DNA of 64,000 nucleotides from Rickettsiales bacterium (GTDB lineage Bacteria; Pseudomonadota; Alphaproteobacteria; Rickettsiales; Anaplasmataceae): NCBI GenBank assembly GCA_965262395.1, contig OZ253531.1, positions 528,838 to 592,837 of the forward strand, read 5' to 3'. Shown piece by piece: positions 63,562 to 64,000 of this stretch (position 1 is its first letter; each line of letters starts with the position of its first letter). The notes under the pieces were generated by a model. It saw only the letters and a program-made list of their open reading frames with translations, ran no database searches and was not told where the DNA came from. The position numbers and the translations under genes were made by a program.

Positions 63562-64000
63562 ATGCTTCATATAGATTTTTCAAAAATGCATGGTCTTGGG
63601 AATGACTTTGTTATTGTGGATGATTCTGATGAATTATATTGTCGGATCAACACGGATATAATTAAAGCTATAGCTGATAGAAGGACAGGCGTGGGCTGTG
63701 ATCAGTTTCTTCTTCTTAAAAAATCTCAAAATGCTGATTGCTTTATGTTTGTCTATAATCAAGATGGATCTGAGGCTGAAGCTTGTGGCAATGGCACTCG
63801 TTGTGTGGCTAGATTATTGATGGATGAAAATGGATTAGATTCTATAAAAATAGAAACTGTAGCTGGAATATTATCCTGTCGTAAAGATGGAAATTTAACA
63901 GTTGTAAATATGGGATTGCCAAAATTACATTATTCTGAGATACCAATATCTATTGAATGTGATACAGATAGTGTTCCAATTGATATTGCTGGATTTCCTA
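63562..64000 (+). CDS. dapF: diaminopimelate epimerase, 5' part (runs off the window, so absent from the ORF track)
   Basis: Translating from ATG 63562 gives MLHIDFSKMHGLGNDFVIVDD...GVGCDQFLLL...YNQDGSEAEACGNGTRCVARLL, the DapF signatures including the first active-site Cys. Confidence 0.85.
   Translation, partial: MLHIDFSKMHGLGNDFVIVDDSDELYCRINTDIIKAIADRRTGVGCDQFLLLKKSQNADCFMFVYNQDGSEAEACGNGTRCVARLLMDENGLDSIKIETVAGILSCRKDGNLTVVNMGLPKLHYSEIPISIECDTDSVPIDIAGFP

Overview
AT-rich (about 30% GC by eye) bacterial chromosomal segment. Housekeeping genes present: RNase E, a HlyD-family type I secretion adaptor, recO, a gshA-type ligase, dsbD, ubiB, dapF and tRNA-Asn. There are no transposases, integrases, CRISPR arrays or rRNA. 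The gene set, the low coding density and the repeated tandem duplication of gene 3' ends fit an Anaplasmataceae genome, most like an Ehrlichia of the E. ruminantium type. That assignment comes from memory of published genome descriptions, not from a search. The dominant feature is one uninterrupted 19.3-kb ORF (31626..50936, about 6,436 aa). It has an N-terminal membrane anchor, about 5,400 aa of non-repetitive sequence with no motif I recognise, and near the C-terminus a complete SecA-type ATPase motor that I can match motif by motif. It lies downstream of tRNA-Asn. Upstream of it is a tandem-repeat protein gene broken by a 1-nt deletion inside its 57-bp repeats. Downstream are a second membrane-anchored protein with a +1 slip in its C-terminal repeats, a NUDT9-like Nudix protein and an aminotransferase carrying a signal peptide. 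A second accessory cluster (21.8-26.8 kb) starts with an XRE/S24 CI-like repressor. It continues with three mosaic tandem paralogs of a ~145-aa protein, a Gly/Ser-rich protein with about 17 repeats of 15-17 aa, and two further paralogous low-complexity proteins. Other notable genes are a secreted TIMP/NTR-like protein, a MotB-like protein translationally coupled to a 925-aa TPR protein, and a degenerate GGDEF protein. At least 7 loci carry tandem copies of a gene tail (periods 70, 86, 100, 121, 121 and 83/102 bp), and micro- and minisatellites run right up to base +1 of the tRNA.
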